A DNA stretch of 64,000 nucleotides from Candidatus Levybacteria bacterium RIFCSPHIGHO2_01_FULL_37_17 (GTDB taxonomy: Bacteria; Patescibacteriota; Microgenomatia; Levybacterales; UBA12049): positions 60,865-124,864 of the forward strand of contig MFNL01000002.1 of assembly GCA_001782035.1 (NCBI GenBank), given 5' to 3'. Below the pieces are notes generated by a model, which searched no databases, had not been told where the DNA came from, and saw only the letters and a list, made by a program, of their open reading frames with translations. The translations under genes and the position numbers were made by a program. The number at the start of each line of letters is the position of its first letter. The stretch's first letter is position 1. Positions 1 through 9,604 of the stretch are shown here, piece by piece.

Positions 1-1795
1 AAGTTTTTTTGTCGTCAAAAGAAATTTTAGAAAAATCTATTTCTAATTTTTTATTAGTGCTAATAAAAAAGAGAGCTTCCTGAATAATCGTTAAATTTCT
101 CAAGCCCAAAAAGTCCATCTTTAAAAGTCCGACTCCGTTATAATCAGCTCCAATTGAATACATATCGTATTGGGTAATTATTTTTTCTCCATTGGTTTCA
201 CGCTGTAGCGGGCTGTATTCGGTTATATCTTTGTCGGCTATTACTACCCCTGCAGCATGAACTGAGGCGTGTCTTGCCACACCCTCAACTTTTCTTGCCA
301 AAGTCAAAATTTTTCTTGTATCTTCTTCCATGTTATAAGCAATTGAAAGCTCAGGACTTTGCTCCAAAGCTTTATCTATTGTCATTGCATGTCCCTGCCA
401 GCCAGGTGGAATCATTTTGGATATTCTGTCAGGAATTGAATATGGATACCCCAATACTCTTCCAATGTCTCGTACGGACCCTCTTGCTTCCATAGTTCCA
501 AAGGTTATTATTTGCGCAACCTTATCGCGTCCATATTTTTGCCTAACGTACTCTATAACCTCATCTCTTCTGTTATCTGCAAAATCTAAATCTATATCCG
601 GAGGCGAAGGACGCATGGGGTTGAGAAATCGTTCAAAGGGGAGTTTAAAAAACAGAGGGTCAATATCTGATATACCCAGCGCATATGATACTATAGAGCC
701 CGCATTAGACCCTCGGCCTGGGCCAACTGTTATACCTTTATCTTTGGCCCAGTTTACAAAGTCAGCGACTATAAGAATATAAGTTTCGTATCCTTTTTTT
801 AATATCACGGACAATTCGTACTGCGCTCTTTCTTTCATTTCTGCAGTAACTTTCCCGTATCTTCTTAGTAGGCCTTCGTCAACTTTTTCAACAATAAAGT
901 CCTTTGTAGTTTTGCCTTCGGGAACCTCAAAATTTGGGAGTATCCATTTATCCATTGGTATTTCAACATTACACATCTGTTCAATTTTTATTGTATTTTC
1001 TAATGCTTCCGGGTTTTGTATGAATAGGCCGGTCATTTCATCTGGAGATTTAATGTAAAAATCTGGAGAATCTATCATTGTAAGTTTTCTACCTCTTGTA
1101 TCTAACAGTGTTTGGGTTTGGATACACAAGAGTGCCTCTTGTGCTTGGGCGTCATCTGCTCTTATATAATGGTTGTCGTTTGTTGCAACCAATGGAATCC
1201 CTAACTCATCTGAAAGAGAAATTAATTTAGCATTAAGTATCTCTTGGTCAGGTATATTTGTATGTTTCTGAAGTTCCAAATAAAAATTATCTTCTCCAAA
1301 TATTTCTTCAAGCTTTAGCGCTCTTTCTTTAGCAGTTTTATTCTCATTCTTCATCAAGGGTTCCGAAACAAAACCATTCAAACAAGCACTTAGACATATC
1401 AGTCCTTGGGAGTATTTCTTTAAGAGGTCTAGGTCAGTTCTTGGTCTGTAGTAGTATCCCTCTAAATTCGCAATTGATATTATTTTCATTAAATTTTTAT
1501 ATCCTATTAAATCTTTTGCCAAAAGTATTAAATGGTTTGCGTCTGCGTCAATCCCTGCTTCTTTATCCAATCTTGTACGTTTTGCTACATAGATTTCCGC
1601 ACCAATTATCGGCTTTACCCCTTCGGCAATACATGCCTTATAAAATTGTATAGTCCCATACATGTTCCCATGATCTGTGATGGCAATTGCTTTCATGTTA
1701 AGCTCTTTAACTCTTTTTACCATCTCGGGAATTTTTGAGAGTCCGTCTAGAAGGGAATACTCACTGTGATTATGAAGGTGTACAAACTCAGCCAT
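1..1795 (-). CDS. dnaE: DNA polymerase III alpha subunit (5' part; runs off the window start)
   Basis: Not in the ORF track. Minus strand from ATG 1795 reads MAEFVHLHNHSEYSLLDGLSKIPEMV...AITDHGNMYG (PHP domain) and later GPGRGSNAGS and RPSPPDIDLDF. Confidence 0.95.
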   Translation of the reverse strand, partial: MAEFVHLHNHSEYSLLDGLSKIPEMVKRVKELNMKAIAITDHGNMYGTIQFYKACIAEGVKPIIGAEIYVAKRTRLDKEAGIDADANHLILLAKDLIGYKNLMKIISIANLEGYYYRPRTDLDLLKKYSQGLICLSACLNGFVSEPLMKNENKTAKERALKLEEIFGEDNFYLELQKHTNIPDQEILNAKLISLSDELGIPLVATNDNHYIRADDAQAQEALLCIQTQTLLDTRGRKLTMIDSPDFYIKSPDEMTGLFIQNPEALENTIKIEQMCNVEIPMDKWILPNFEVPEGKTTKDFIVEKVDEGLLRRYGKVTAEMKERAQYELSVILKKGYETYILIVADFVNWAKDKGITVGPGRGSNAGSIVSYALGISDIDPLFFKLPFERFLNPMRPSPPDIDLDFADNRRDEVIEYVRQKYGRDKVAQIITFGTMEARGSVRDIGRVLGYPYSIPDRISKMIPPGWQGHAMTIDKALEQSPELSIAYNMEEDTRKILTLARKVEGVARHASVHAAGVVIADKDITEYSPLQRETNGEKIITQYDMYSIGADYNGVGLLKMDFLGLRNLTIIQEALFFISTNKKLEIDFSKISFDDKKT

Positions 1796-2498
1796 TTATT
1801 GCCTTCTTCCTTTCTTTTTTTTGTTCATACATTTCTCTGTCTGCTTGTTTTAGGGTTGCTTGAGGATTTATTAAGTCTACATCTTTAATTCCAGCCGACA
1901 TTCCAAGTTTTAGCCCTCGATTAGAGAGTCTCTTACTGAACGGTATTTTTCTAATTCCTTCGACAATGCGCTCAATAACTAATTTTGCCCCCTCATCCGT
2001 TGTATCTGGAAGTAGCAATACAAATTCATCTCCCCCATATCTTCCTGCAATGTCTGTTGGTCTTATACTAGCTCCAATCACTTTTCCTATCTGTGCTAAA
2101 ACTTCATTTCCGCTTTCGTGACCGAACATATCGTTTACTGATTTGAACCCATCCAAATCAGTAAAAATAAGTTTTAAATTACCTTTTTTCTCTCTGGATA
2201 TTCTTGCTTCAACTTTTAGTATTTCTTCGAATGTCCTTAAGGTATTAAGGCCCGTTAGTGGATCTTTCTTATATTCTTCGATTATGGGGTCTGTCTCTTG
2301 TTTAAGGCTGTCAGCTGCAATAAAAGCTGCATTTCTTTTCAGTTTTTTCTGTTCTGGATCAGTTACGCCAAACAAAGCTCTTCTTACATGATTTCGAACA
2401 GCAGCATATCTTTTTCTTAGTTCTCCAAAACTTAACCTTTCTTGAGGAGTAGCGGCTTCTGCTTGACCCCTTGTTTTTTCTACTGCATCTATCGCCAT
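1788..2498 (-). CDS. GGDEF-domain diguanylate cyclase
   Basis: DPLTGLN, DLDGFKSVNDMFGH, intact GGDEF, RxxD I-site (RPTD). Confidence 0.9.
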   Translation of the reverse strand: MAIDAVEKTRGQAEAATPQERLSFGELRKRYAAVRNHVRRALFGVTDPEQKKLKRNAAFIAADSLKQETDPIIEEYKKDPLTGLNTLRTFEEILKVEARISREKKGNLKLIFTDLDGFKSVNDMFGHESGNEVLAQIGKVIGASIRPTDIAGRYGGDEFVLLLPDTTDEGAKLVIERIVEGIRKIPFSKRLSNRGLKLGMSAGIKDVDLINPQATLKQADREMYEQKKERKKAING

Positions 2499-2499
2499 G

Positions 2500-3861
2500 T
2501 TATTTTATTTTCGCGAGTAAACTCGCCTTAACTTTTGATGCATCAATTTTTTGTGGGAAATTATGCATCACTTGTCCCACTAAAAACATTATAGCGTTTT
2601 CTTTCCCCCTTTTGTAGTCCGAAACCGCGGTTTCGTTTTCTCTTAGGACTAATTCTATGGCTTTATCCAACTCTTTGTCATCGATGTCGGCAGTTGTTGT
2701 AGAGCTTTTGAACTGGTTAATTAATTGCTTAGTAAGATTTGGAACAAGGTTTTGGTCAATTTTCTCTTCTGGCTTATTAGCAAGGAAGTTTCCGAATTTA
2801 CCCAATTGTTCTTTGGGTAGTATATTTTCTTTAATCACGGCCTCAAATACCTGGGTTCTGTACTTTGAAGCCGAAATAGACGCACCGGATGCATTTGATA
2901 CCCCTAGACCTACGTAAAAATTAGCTTTTTCTTTAGGAGAATTTTTTCTAGCCTCCTCCAATAAATTCTTGACTTCAGTTTTCCAATTATTTCTTTGTTC
3001 ATCAGTCCATCTAAATGGAGGAATATCTGGTTCTGGAAAATATCTGTAGTCAGATGCTTCTTCTTTTATTCTTTGAGAAACTGTTGATTGAGTTTTCTCG
3101 ATAAAACCCCTTGTTTCCTGCACAGGCGTTTCTCCTTTATCTAGTATTTCCCTCTGTCTTGCTAACTCAAATTCAATTGCCCTTTCAACAAATTTAAATG
3201 AATTAATATTCTTTACTTCGACTTTATAACTGGGCCGTTTTTCTCCTTCTTTCCTCAAGGATATGTTTGGTTCAAGTCTCATTTCACCTTTCTCCATATC
3301 TGCGTTTGAAATTCCCAGATATCGAACTATTTGCTTAAGAGACTTTAGGTACTCTGTTACTTCGAAGGGATTTACAAAATCTGGTTCAGTTACTATTTCA
3401 ACTAACGGAACCCCGGAGCGGTTAAAGTCAATGAGCGTTAAGTCACCTTCATGAATTAATTTTCCTGTATCCTCTTCCATATGAACTCTTCGAACATCTA
3501 TTTTTTTCTCCTTGTTTTGGCTATTTGGTTCTTGCTTGATAAAAACTTCACCATCAACTGCAAAGGGTTGGTCGTATTGGCTTATTTGATAGCCTTTGGG
3601 TAAATCTGGATAAAAGTAGTTTTTTCGATCAAACCTAGAGAATGGAGGAATCTCGCAATTCAATGCGTACCCGAGCATTATGCACCATTCGATAGCTTTT
3701 TTATTTGGAACAGGAAGTGCACCTGGAAGCCCTAAACATACTGGGCATGTATGCGTATTTGGTTTTTTACCAAAGTAGTCTGCAGAGCATCTGCAAAACA
3801 TCTTTGATTTTGTTTTCAGCTCTACGTGAACTTCTAAGCCGATAACAGGGGTATATTTCAT
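2500..3861 (-). CDS. gatB: Asp/Glu-tRNA amidotransferase subunit B
   Basis: IGLEVHVEL, RKNYFYPDLPKGYQISQ, DYRYFPEPD. Confidence 0.97.
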   Translation of the reverse strand: MKYTPVIGLEVHVELKTKSKMFCRCSADYFGKKPNTHTCPVCLGLPGALPVPNKKAIEWCIMLGYALNCEIPPFSRFDRKNYFYPDLPKGYQISQYDQPFAVDGEVFIKQEPNSQNKEKKIDVRRVHMEEDTGKLIHEGDLTLIDFNRSGVPLVEIVTEPDFVNPFEVTEYLKSLKQIVRYLGISNADMEKGEMRLEPNISLRKEGEKRPSYKVEVKNINSFKFVERAIEFELARQREILDKGETPVQETRGFIEKTQSTVSQRIKEEASDYRYFPEPDIPPFRWTDEQRNNWKTEVKNLLEEARKNSPKEKANFYVGLGVSNASGASISASKYRTQVFEAVIKENILPKEQLGKFGNFLANKPEEKIDQNLVPNLTKQLINQFKSSTTTADIDDKELDKAIELVLRENETAVSDYKRGKENAIMFLVGQVMHNFPQKIDASKVKASLLAKIK

Positions 3862-5294
3862 AAATTTGGTCTTTTCTTCCTCCAGTTCTCATTTGCAGTT
3901 GCCATTTCATATTGATGTGCGACTTGTAAAACCAAGTCTTCTGCAAATTGACGGCCTATTATTTGCATGCCAATAGGTAGCATGCTTTTAGAGAATCCTA
4001 TGGGAATATTTATTCCAGGCAATCCTGCGATAGATGAGGGTTCGACTAGTATGTCGGCTATTTCCCCAAACATTGCAGCATTTTCGCTAGCTCCTGCGTG
4101 AAGTGGAAGAGATGGGGAAGTTGGACCTAGTATCACATTAACTTTTTCAAATGCTTTTTCAAAGTCGTTTACTATTAAAGATCTTGCCTTAGCCGCTCTA
4201 TTGTAATACTGGTTATAATATCCGGATGACAACGAATAGGTTCCGAGCACAATTCTTCTTTTTGCTTCCTCACCGAACAATTTTCTGTCCTTTCCAAAGC
4301 GTACTCCATCGTAACGGGCAAGATTTGAAGATACCTCACTCCTTTGAATTATTGTATAGACAGAAGTGGCATATTTTGGTTTGACTAGATTAATTTTTAC
4401 AATCTTCGCACCCATTTTTTCGAGTTTTTCAATTGAGAGCCGAACAGCCGACTCAACTTCCTTGTCAATTCCATCAATAAAGTACTCGTCTGATATCCCT
4501 ATCTTGAGATTTTTTATTTTGTTATCTACTACAGGCAATGTATAATCCCCTACCGGTGGTAGGGAAGTAGTAGCATCAAATTCATCAGTTCCTGCTAAGA
4601 CCCGTAGCAATAAAGCAGAATCCTCAACTGTTTTTGTAATCGGCCCTGGGGAGTCCAACGAAGATGCCATTGCAATAACACCATACCTTGAAACTCTTCC
4701 ATAGGTTGGCTTAAGTCCAACAACTCCGCACCATGATGCAGGCTGTCTTATAGAACCGGCTGTCTCGCTTCCAATAGCTGCTATCGCCTCGTCGGCAGCC
4801 ACAGCCGCAGCAGAGCCCCCGGAAGAACCTCCGGGCAAATGTTTTGTATTCCAAGGGTTTTTTGTTGAACCGTAATCGGAAGTTTCAGTAGACGAACCAT
4901 GTGCCCATGCATCCATATTTGTTTTGCCAATTAGCACAGCTCCTGCGTCTTTCAGTTTCTTAACAACAGTTGCATCATACGGAGGGATATAATCGTCCAA
5001 AACTTTACTAGAAGCAGTAGTTCTAATACCCATAGTAGAGAAATTATCTTTCACCGCAATAGGTATTCCTAAAAGAGGCAAATCTTGATTACTGGAAAGA
5101 AGTTTATCTGCTTTTCTAGCTGCAGAGACTACATCATCGTAAGTTGGTGCAATTGGTTTTATAAATGCATTTATTTTTTTATCAACTTTTTCTATCTGAG
5201 CTAAACAGGCCTCGGTAAGGTCAAATGAGCTAAATTCTCTTTTTATTAATCCCTCTTTTGCTTGCTTAATGGTCAACGAGTTTAATTCAGTCAT
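3858..5294 (-). CDS. gatA: Asp/Glu-tRNA amidotransferase subunit A
   Basis: Amidase signature GGSSGGSAAAV and GSIRQPA; start moved to MTELN. Confidence 0.95.
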   Translation of the reverse strand: MTELNSLTIKQAKEGLIKREFSSFDLTEACLAQIEKVDKKINAFIKPIAPTYDDVVSAARKADKLLSSNQDLPLLGIPIAVKDNFSTMGIRTTASSKVLDDYIPPYDATVVKKLKDAGAVLIGKTNMDAWAHGSSTETSDYGSTKNPWNTKHLPGGSSGGSAAAVAADEAIAAIGSETAGSIRQPASWCGVVGLKPTYGRVSRYGVIAMASSLDSPGPITKTVEDSALLLRVLAGTDEFDATTSLPPVGDYTLPVVDNKIKNLKIGISDEYFIDGIDKEVESAVRLSIEKLEKMGAKIVKINLVKPKYATSVYTIIQRSEVSSNLARYDGVRFGKDRKLFGEEAKRRIVLGTYSLSSGYYNQYYNRAAKARSLIVNDFEKAFEKVNVILGPTSPSLPLHAGASENAAMFGEIADILVEPSSIAGLPGINIPIGFSKSMLPIGMQIIGRQFAEDLVLQVAHQYEMATANENWRKKRPNL

Positions 5295-5685
5295 TATTAA
5301 GAACTCCTTTAACTTTAAATAATCCATTTTGAGTAGCCTTAGCGTTTTTTAAAGCTTCATCTTGGGATAGCGATGGAGAGGGTTCATCTTCTCTCGAGAT
5401 ATTTTCAAGGCCAGTTATTTGAGAGCTTGGTTCAAGTTGGCTTACAAGATTGTCTAAGTCTTTGAGGTTATTAATATAAGCAAGGGTTTCGTCTAGCTGT
5501 TGAGAAAGTTTAACCCCTTCATCTTGCGTTATATCCAAAGCAGCTAATTCAGCTATGTGTTTGATACGTGTCTTGTCGTCCGAGAAATATGTAACGCTTG
5601 CGGAACTGATTTCAGATCTTGCTGTTGTACCAGTTGAGCTAATAATTAGGTCCTTAGACTTAGAGATTTCATGTTTTTTGACCAT
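5287..5685 (-). CDS. gatC: Asp/Glu-tRNA amidotransferase subunit C with N-terminal extension
   Basis: IKHIAELAAL...REDE...LKNA...GLFKVKGVL; directly upstream of gatA. Confidence 0.85.
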   Translation of the reverse strand: MVKKHEISKSKDLIISSTGTTARSEISSASVTYFSDDKTRIKHIAELAALDITQDEGVKLSQQLDETLAYINNLKDLDNLVSQLEPSSQITGLENISREDEPSPSLSQDEALKNAKATQNGLFKVKGVLNND

Positions 5686-5688
5686 GTA

Positions 5689-6099
5689 TTAATTTGAAGG
5701 CTTATCAACAAAGAACGAGGCGGATGCCAAGTCCTTACCATTTACCTTAACAGCAATCTTATGCTCCCCATAGTTACTTAATTTAACTGAGTTCAATTGG
5801 TAAATAATGTTAAAGTTCCTTTTCCTATCGTTATATTTTGGCAAACTTACTTTTAAGGTAGGTATCTTATTCTCAACGATTGAATTCCCCTTACTATCTA
5901 AGATGTCCAAATCAACATTGGCTGATTGGATATCTTTATCGTCAACCATAACACTTCCTACTAGATAAAGAGTTTGATGCAATGCTGGGACAGATTGCGC
6001 GTAAATTGTTTCAAAAACACCGTTAATCATTAATTTTCCATCCCTATCGGTACTTGCGTAATCTGCTAGGAGGAAAAAGTTTTTATCAAATTTACTCAT
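5689..6099 (-). CDS. hypothetical beta-rich protein (DUF6941-like)
   Basis: LLADYA..DGKLMINGVF motif resembles DUF6941; TATAAT just upstream of the ATG. Confidence 0.55.
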   Translation of the reverse strand: MSKFDKNFFLLADYASTDRDGKLMINGVFETIYAQSVPALHQTLYLVGSVMVDDKDIQSANVDLDILDSKGNSIVENKIPTLKVSLPKYNDRKRNFNIIYQLNSVKLSNYGEHKIAVKVNGKDLASASFFVDKPSN

Positions 6100-6117
6100 A
6101 AAAGTATTATATCATTA

Positions 6118-6876
6118 TTATAAATTTACTCCGAGTCTTTTAGCAATTGCGATTCTGGCTTTTTCTTCCAAAGATTCGTCTAAGGGTTTTAACTCGATTT
6201 TAGAATTATATTTCCTTTCCAAGGCTTTTGTTATTAAATAATCTGCAAATTCAGGATTTTTAGGTAGAATAGGTCCATGAGCATATGTTCCAAAACTTTC
6301 TTTATAAATAGCGCCTTCAGTTTTATCCTCACCATTGTTTCCGAAACCAACAATTACCTCACCAAAAGGCTGAATGTTTTTCCCAAGATATGTTCTACCT
6401 CCATGATTTTCAAAGCCTACAACTGGTAGAGTTAATCCTTTCACCTTAGGTTTAAAAATCATGTTCCCAATTAGTCTTTCAGATTTCCCCCCCGGGTTTT
6501 CGGTATATAAATCAAATATTCCAATCCCATCAACAATTGTCCCATCGGATTCTTTATAATAATTGCCTAAAAACTGAAATCCGCCACAAACATATAAGCC
6601 CGGTGTTCCATCATCTATTTTGTTTTTAAGATATTTTTTAACTCTTTTTAGGTCGTTATTAACTATTGTTTGTTGTCTATCCTGGGCTCCTCCCATCAAC
6701 AATAAGTCACAATCATCAAGCTGTTTATAGTCAAAATCAGGGTTAAGCATTTTAACTTCAGCCCTAACATCTCTCCACTGACATCTTTTAACCAAAGCAA
6801 CGATATTACCTATATCCCCGTAAATATTCATGAGTTCCGGATATAGCCATCCAATAATTAAGGTTTTAATTTTCAT
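6118..6876 (-). CDS. gatD: lipid II isoglutaminyl synthase glutaminase subunit (CobQ-like)
   Basis: LYPELMNIYGD, VCGGFQ, GFENHGG, TYAHGP; adjacent to murT. Confidence 0.9.
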   Translation of the reverse strand: MKIKTLIIGWLYPELMNIYGDIGNIVALVKRCQWRDVRAEVKMLNPDFDYKQLDDCDLLLMGGAQDRQQTIVNNDLKRVKKYLKNKIDDGTPGLYVCGGFQFLGNYYKESDGTIVDGIGIFDLYTENPGGKSERLIGNMIFKPKVKGLTLPVVGFENHGGRTYLGKNIQPFGEVIVGFGNNGEDKTEGAIYKESFGTYAHGPILPKNPEFADYLITKALERKYNSKIELKPLDESLEEKARIAIAKRLGVNL

Positions 6877-8147
6877 AGTAATTTTCTTCCTAGTAAGATT
6901 TTTCTTACATCAAGCATTGCAGAGTAGTTTGGTAAAACATAAAGTTTTTCATCGCTATCCAGATTATCGACCATTGAATTAATTGCATTTTCCAGATTTT
7001 CTTCCGAATGGAAAAAAATTCCTGCATATTTTAGTCTTAGCGCCATATCATAGGTTCTATCCCCCGAGACCATAATATTTATATCTGAATCTAAAATTCT
7101 TTCAATTCCTATATCCCAGATCCAGGAAACGTCAAGTCCGTCTGGGATTCTGTCATTTAAAACAATTAAAATATTTTCTGCCCTAAGATCCATTATAGTT
7201 GCCAATGATTCGTTAAAACTGGTTGGATTTTTCGCAAGAAATAAATTAATTGCTTTCCCTTTATAGCTTATTTTTTCTTGTCTGCCAAAGGCAGGCTTGA
7301 ATTTTTTTAATCCCTCGACTATTTGGTCATTATTAAATCTCAATTTATTTAAAAGAAGGTTTGCCGCAATAGTATTGTATTTATTATAAATTCCATCGAG
7401 TGGATAAAAAGAGGCTCTTATGATAGTTGGCTTTGGTCTTTCAAATTGGCAGTTACCACATCTCCATATTCCCAAGTGAGAGAAATAAACTTTTTCAAAA
7501 GTAAGTCTTGTTGAACATTTTGGGCAAAAGATAGAATCAGCACCGTGTTTTAACCTTTTAAGGTTTTCTTTTCCATCCAGCCCAAAATAAAACTTATTCT
7601 TCCTGTTTTCTCCTAAGTAAGTGATTAACGGATCGTCTGCGTTAAGAATTAAAGTTATTGAGTCGTGTTTATCGATGGAATTCTTCCATCTTTTTGCAAT
7701 TGAGTCTAATTCTCCATATCTATCTAGTTGGTCTCTAAAAAGATTTAAACAGATTAAATAATCTGGATTGACATTTTCAAGGATCTGGGGTAAAGCAAAC
7801 TCGTCTGATTCAAAAATTAGATAATCTTTATCAATTCTACCGAAAAGGGTTGAGTTTTGAATTAGCTCAGACGCTAATCCGTTAAGCAAGTTTGCGCCTG
7901 CAACATTATGCGCATAGGTCTTCTGACTCGCTTTTAATACTGATGCGATTAATTTACCAGTCGTTGTCTTGCCATTGGTTCCAGCAACTACAATTTTTAT
8001 AGCCTTTGATTTTGACAGTATATTTCTGCAAAAATTTTGGTTTAGCTTTAAGGCAATGTGACCAGGCCAGGTCGATCCCGAGCCTAAATTGAAGGTTCTA
8101 CTGAACAATATTATTGTTTTACCAATAAGAATAGAGAGAAAGTCCAT
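6873..8147 (-). CDS. murT: lipid II isoglutaminyl synthase ligase subunit
   Basis: GTNGKTTT, NLFRDQLDRYGE, CPKC/CGNC zinc ribbon, KNP, DVSWIWD. Confidence 0.9.
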   Translation of the reverse strand: MDFLSILIGKTIILFSRTFNLGSGSTWPGHIALKLNQNFCRNILSKSKAIKIVVAGTNGKTTTGKLIASVLKASQKTYAHNVAGANLLNGLASELIQNSTLFGRIDKDYLIFESDEFALPQILENVNPDYLICLNLFRDQLDRYGELDSIAKRWKNSIDKHDSITLILNADDPLITYLGENRKNKFYFGLDGKENLKRLKHGADSIFCPKCSTRLTFEKVYFSHLGIWRCGNCQFERPKPTIIRASFYPLDGIYNKYNTIAANLLLNKLRFNNDQIVEGLKKFKPAFGRQEKISYKGKAINLFLAKNPTSFNESLATIMDLRAENILIVLNDRIPDGLDVSWIWDIGIERILDSDINIMVSGDRTYDMALRLKYAGIFFHSEENLENAINSMVDNLDSDEKLYVLPNYSAMLDVRKILLGRKLL

Positions 8148-8153
8148 AATGAC

Positions 8154-9041
8154 CTACATTGAGCGCAAAATCTTTATCCTTTCCTCAAGAGGCGGATGTG
8201 TATTGAAAAGCCCGGTGAAAAAATTTTTTACTTTTTTATTATCAAATGGATTCTCAATAAACAAATGGGCAGTTGCGTTGCTTGCAACCCTTGGGGCCGT
8301 ATGGTCCTTGGCAAGCTTTTCCAATGCCTGTGCCAAGCCCTCCGGGTATCTTGTTAAAAGCACACCTGAAGCATCAGCTAAAAACTCTCTTTTTCGTGAA
8401 ACTGCAAGTTGAATTAACGTAGCTGCAATTGGAGATAGAATGGCAAAAATTATTGCGAGTACCAAAAATATCTGGCTTCCTCTGTTATCCCTGTCTCCTG
8501 AAAAAAAAGTCATTCTAATAAAGATATCTGAAAGTATTGCAACAAAACCAACAAGAATCGCCACTATTCCCATAAGCCTAATATCAAAATTTTTGATATG
8601 GGAAAGCTCATGGGCTATTACGCCTTCAAGCTCGGCCTCACTCATAATTGAAAGCAAGCCGGTTGTTGCACAAACTACAGCATGCTTAGGGTCTCTTCCG
8701 GTTGCGAAGGCATTAGGGGATGGGTCATCCATTATATATACATTCGGCATTGGCAGGCCAGATGCAATCGATAAGTTTTCAACTATTCGAAAATACTGTG
8801 GATAGTCTTGTTTTTTTATTTGCTTTGCGCCTGTTGTAGCTAGTACTAATTTATCGGAATAATAATAACTTCCTATACTCATTAATCCTGCTAAAACTAG
8901 TGCTAAGCCAGACATTCCAAGAGCGCTAAAACCAAGAGCTTTTGAAAATACATAAACCAAAGTTGAGACAACCAAAACAAACAATATCATAACTAACCAG
9001 GTTTTGGTTTTGTTGGAAGAAATAGCCGAATAAATGTTCAT
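8154..9041 (-). CDS. htpX: M48 zinc metalloprotease HtpX
   Basis: PNAFATG, HELSH, REFLADA, THPP. Confidence 0.92.
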   Translation of the reverse strand: MNIYSAISSNKTKTWLVMILFVLVVSTLVYVFSKALGFSALGMSGLALVLAGLMSIGSYYYSDKLVLATTGAKQIKKQDYPQYFRIVENLSIASGLPMPNVYIMDDPSPNAFATGRDPKHAVVCATTGLLSIMSEAELEGVIAHELSHIKNFDIRLMGIVAILVGFVAILSDIFIRMTFFSGDRDNRGSQIFLVLAIIFAILSPIAATLIQLAVSRKREFLADASGVLLTRYPEGLAQALEKLAKDHTAPRVASNATAHLFIENPFDNKKVKNFFTGLFNTHPPLEERIKILRSM

Positions 9042-9043
9042 AA

Positions 9044-9592
9044 CTAAAACTTAACCTTAACTTCTTTTTTCTCTTGCTCTGTAGCAGCGAAGAATTCTTC
9101 TTCTTTAAAGTTAAATAAGTTAGCAATTATCATGTTTGGGAAAACTCTTAGCTTAGTGTTGTAATCCAAAACGTTTGAATTATAAAATTGCCTTGCATAT
9201 GCAATCTTGTTTTCTGTATCTGAAACCTCTTCTTGGAGTTCCAAAAAATTCTGGCTCGCCTTTAAGTCAGGATAAGCTTCAGCGACTGCGAAAATGGACT
9301 TTAAAGTATCCGAAAGCATGTTATTTGCTTCTGCTTTATCATGTGGGGTTTTGGCTGATACCAAGTTGGCCCTCTCCTTAGTTACTTTTTCAAAAAGTTC
9401 TTTCTCGTGTTTTGCATAACCTTTAACTGCTTCAACAAGGTTAGGAATTAAATCTGCTCTTCTTTTGAGTTGGACATCTATTTGGGAAAAGGCTTCAGAA
9501 ATCCTTATCTTTGCAACAATTATACTGTTATACAGCCACCAAACAAAACCTGCTAAAACAACTGCCGTTATCAATATTATCCAAATATTCAT
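9044..9592 (-). CDS. lemA: LemA family protein
   Basis: [21 protein letters not shown]; upstream of htpX. Confidence 0.92.
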   Translation of the reverse strand: MNIWIILITAVVLAGFVWWLYNSIIVAKIRISEAFSQIDVQLKRRADLIPNLVEAVKGYAKHEKELFEKVTKERANLVSAKTPHDKAEANNMLSDTLKSIFAVAEAYPDLKASQNFLELQEEVSDTENKIAYARQFYNSNVLDYNTKLRVFPNMIIANLFNFKEEEFFAATEQEKKEVKVKF

Positions 9593-9604
9593 TCTCTCAC
9601 CTCC

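Noticed and set aside
274-1738. Plus-strand ORFs at 274, 417, 1441 and 1532
   Set aside because: Antisense shadows of dnaE, which the ORF track misses because it runs off the window.
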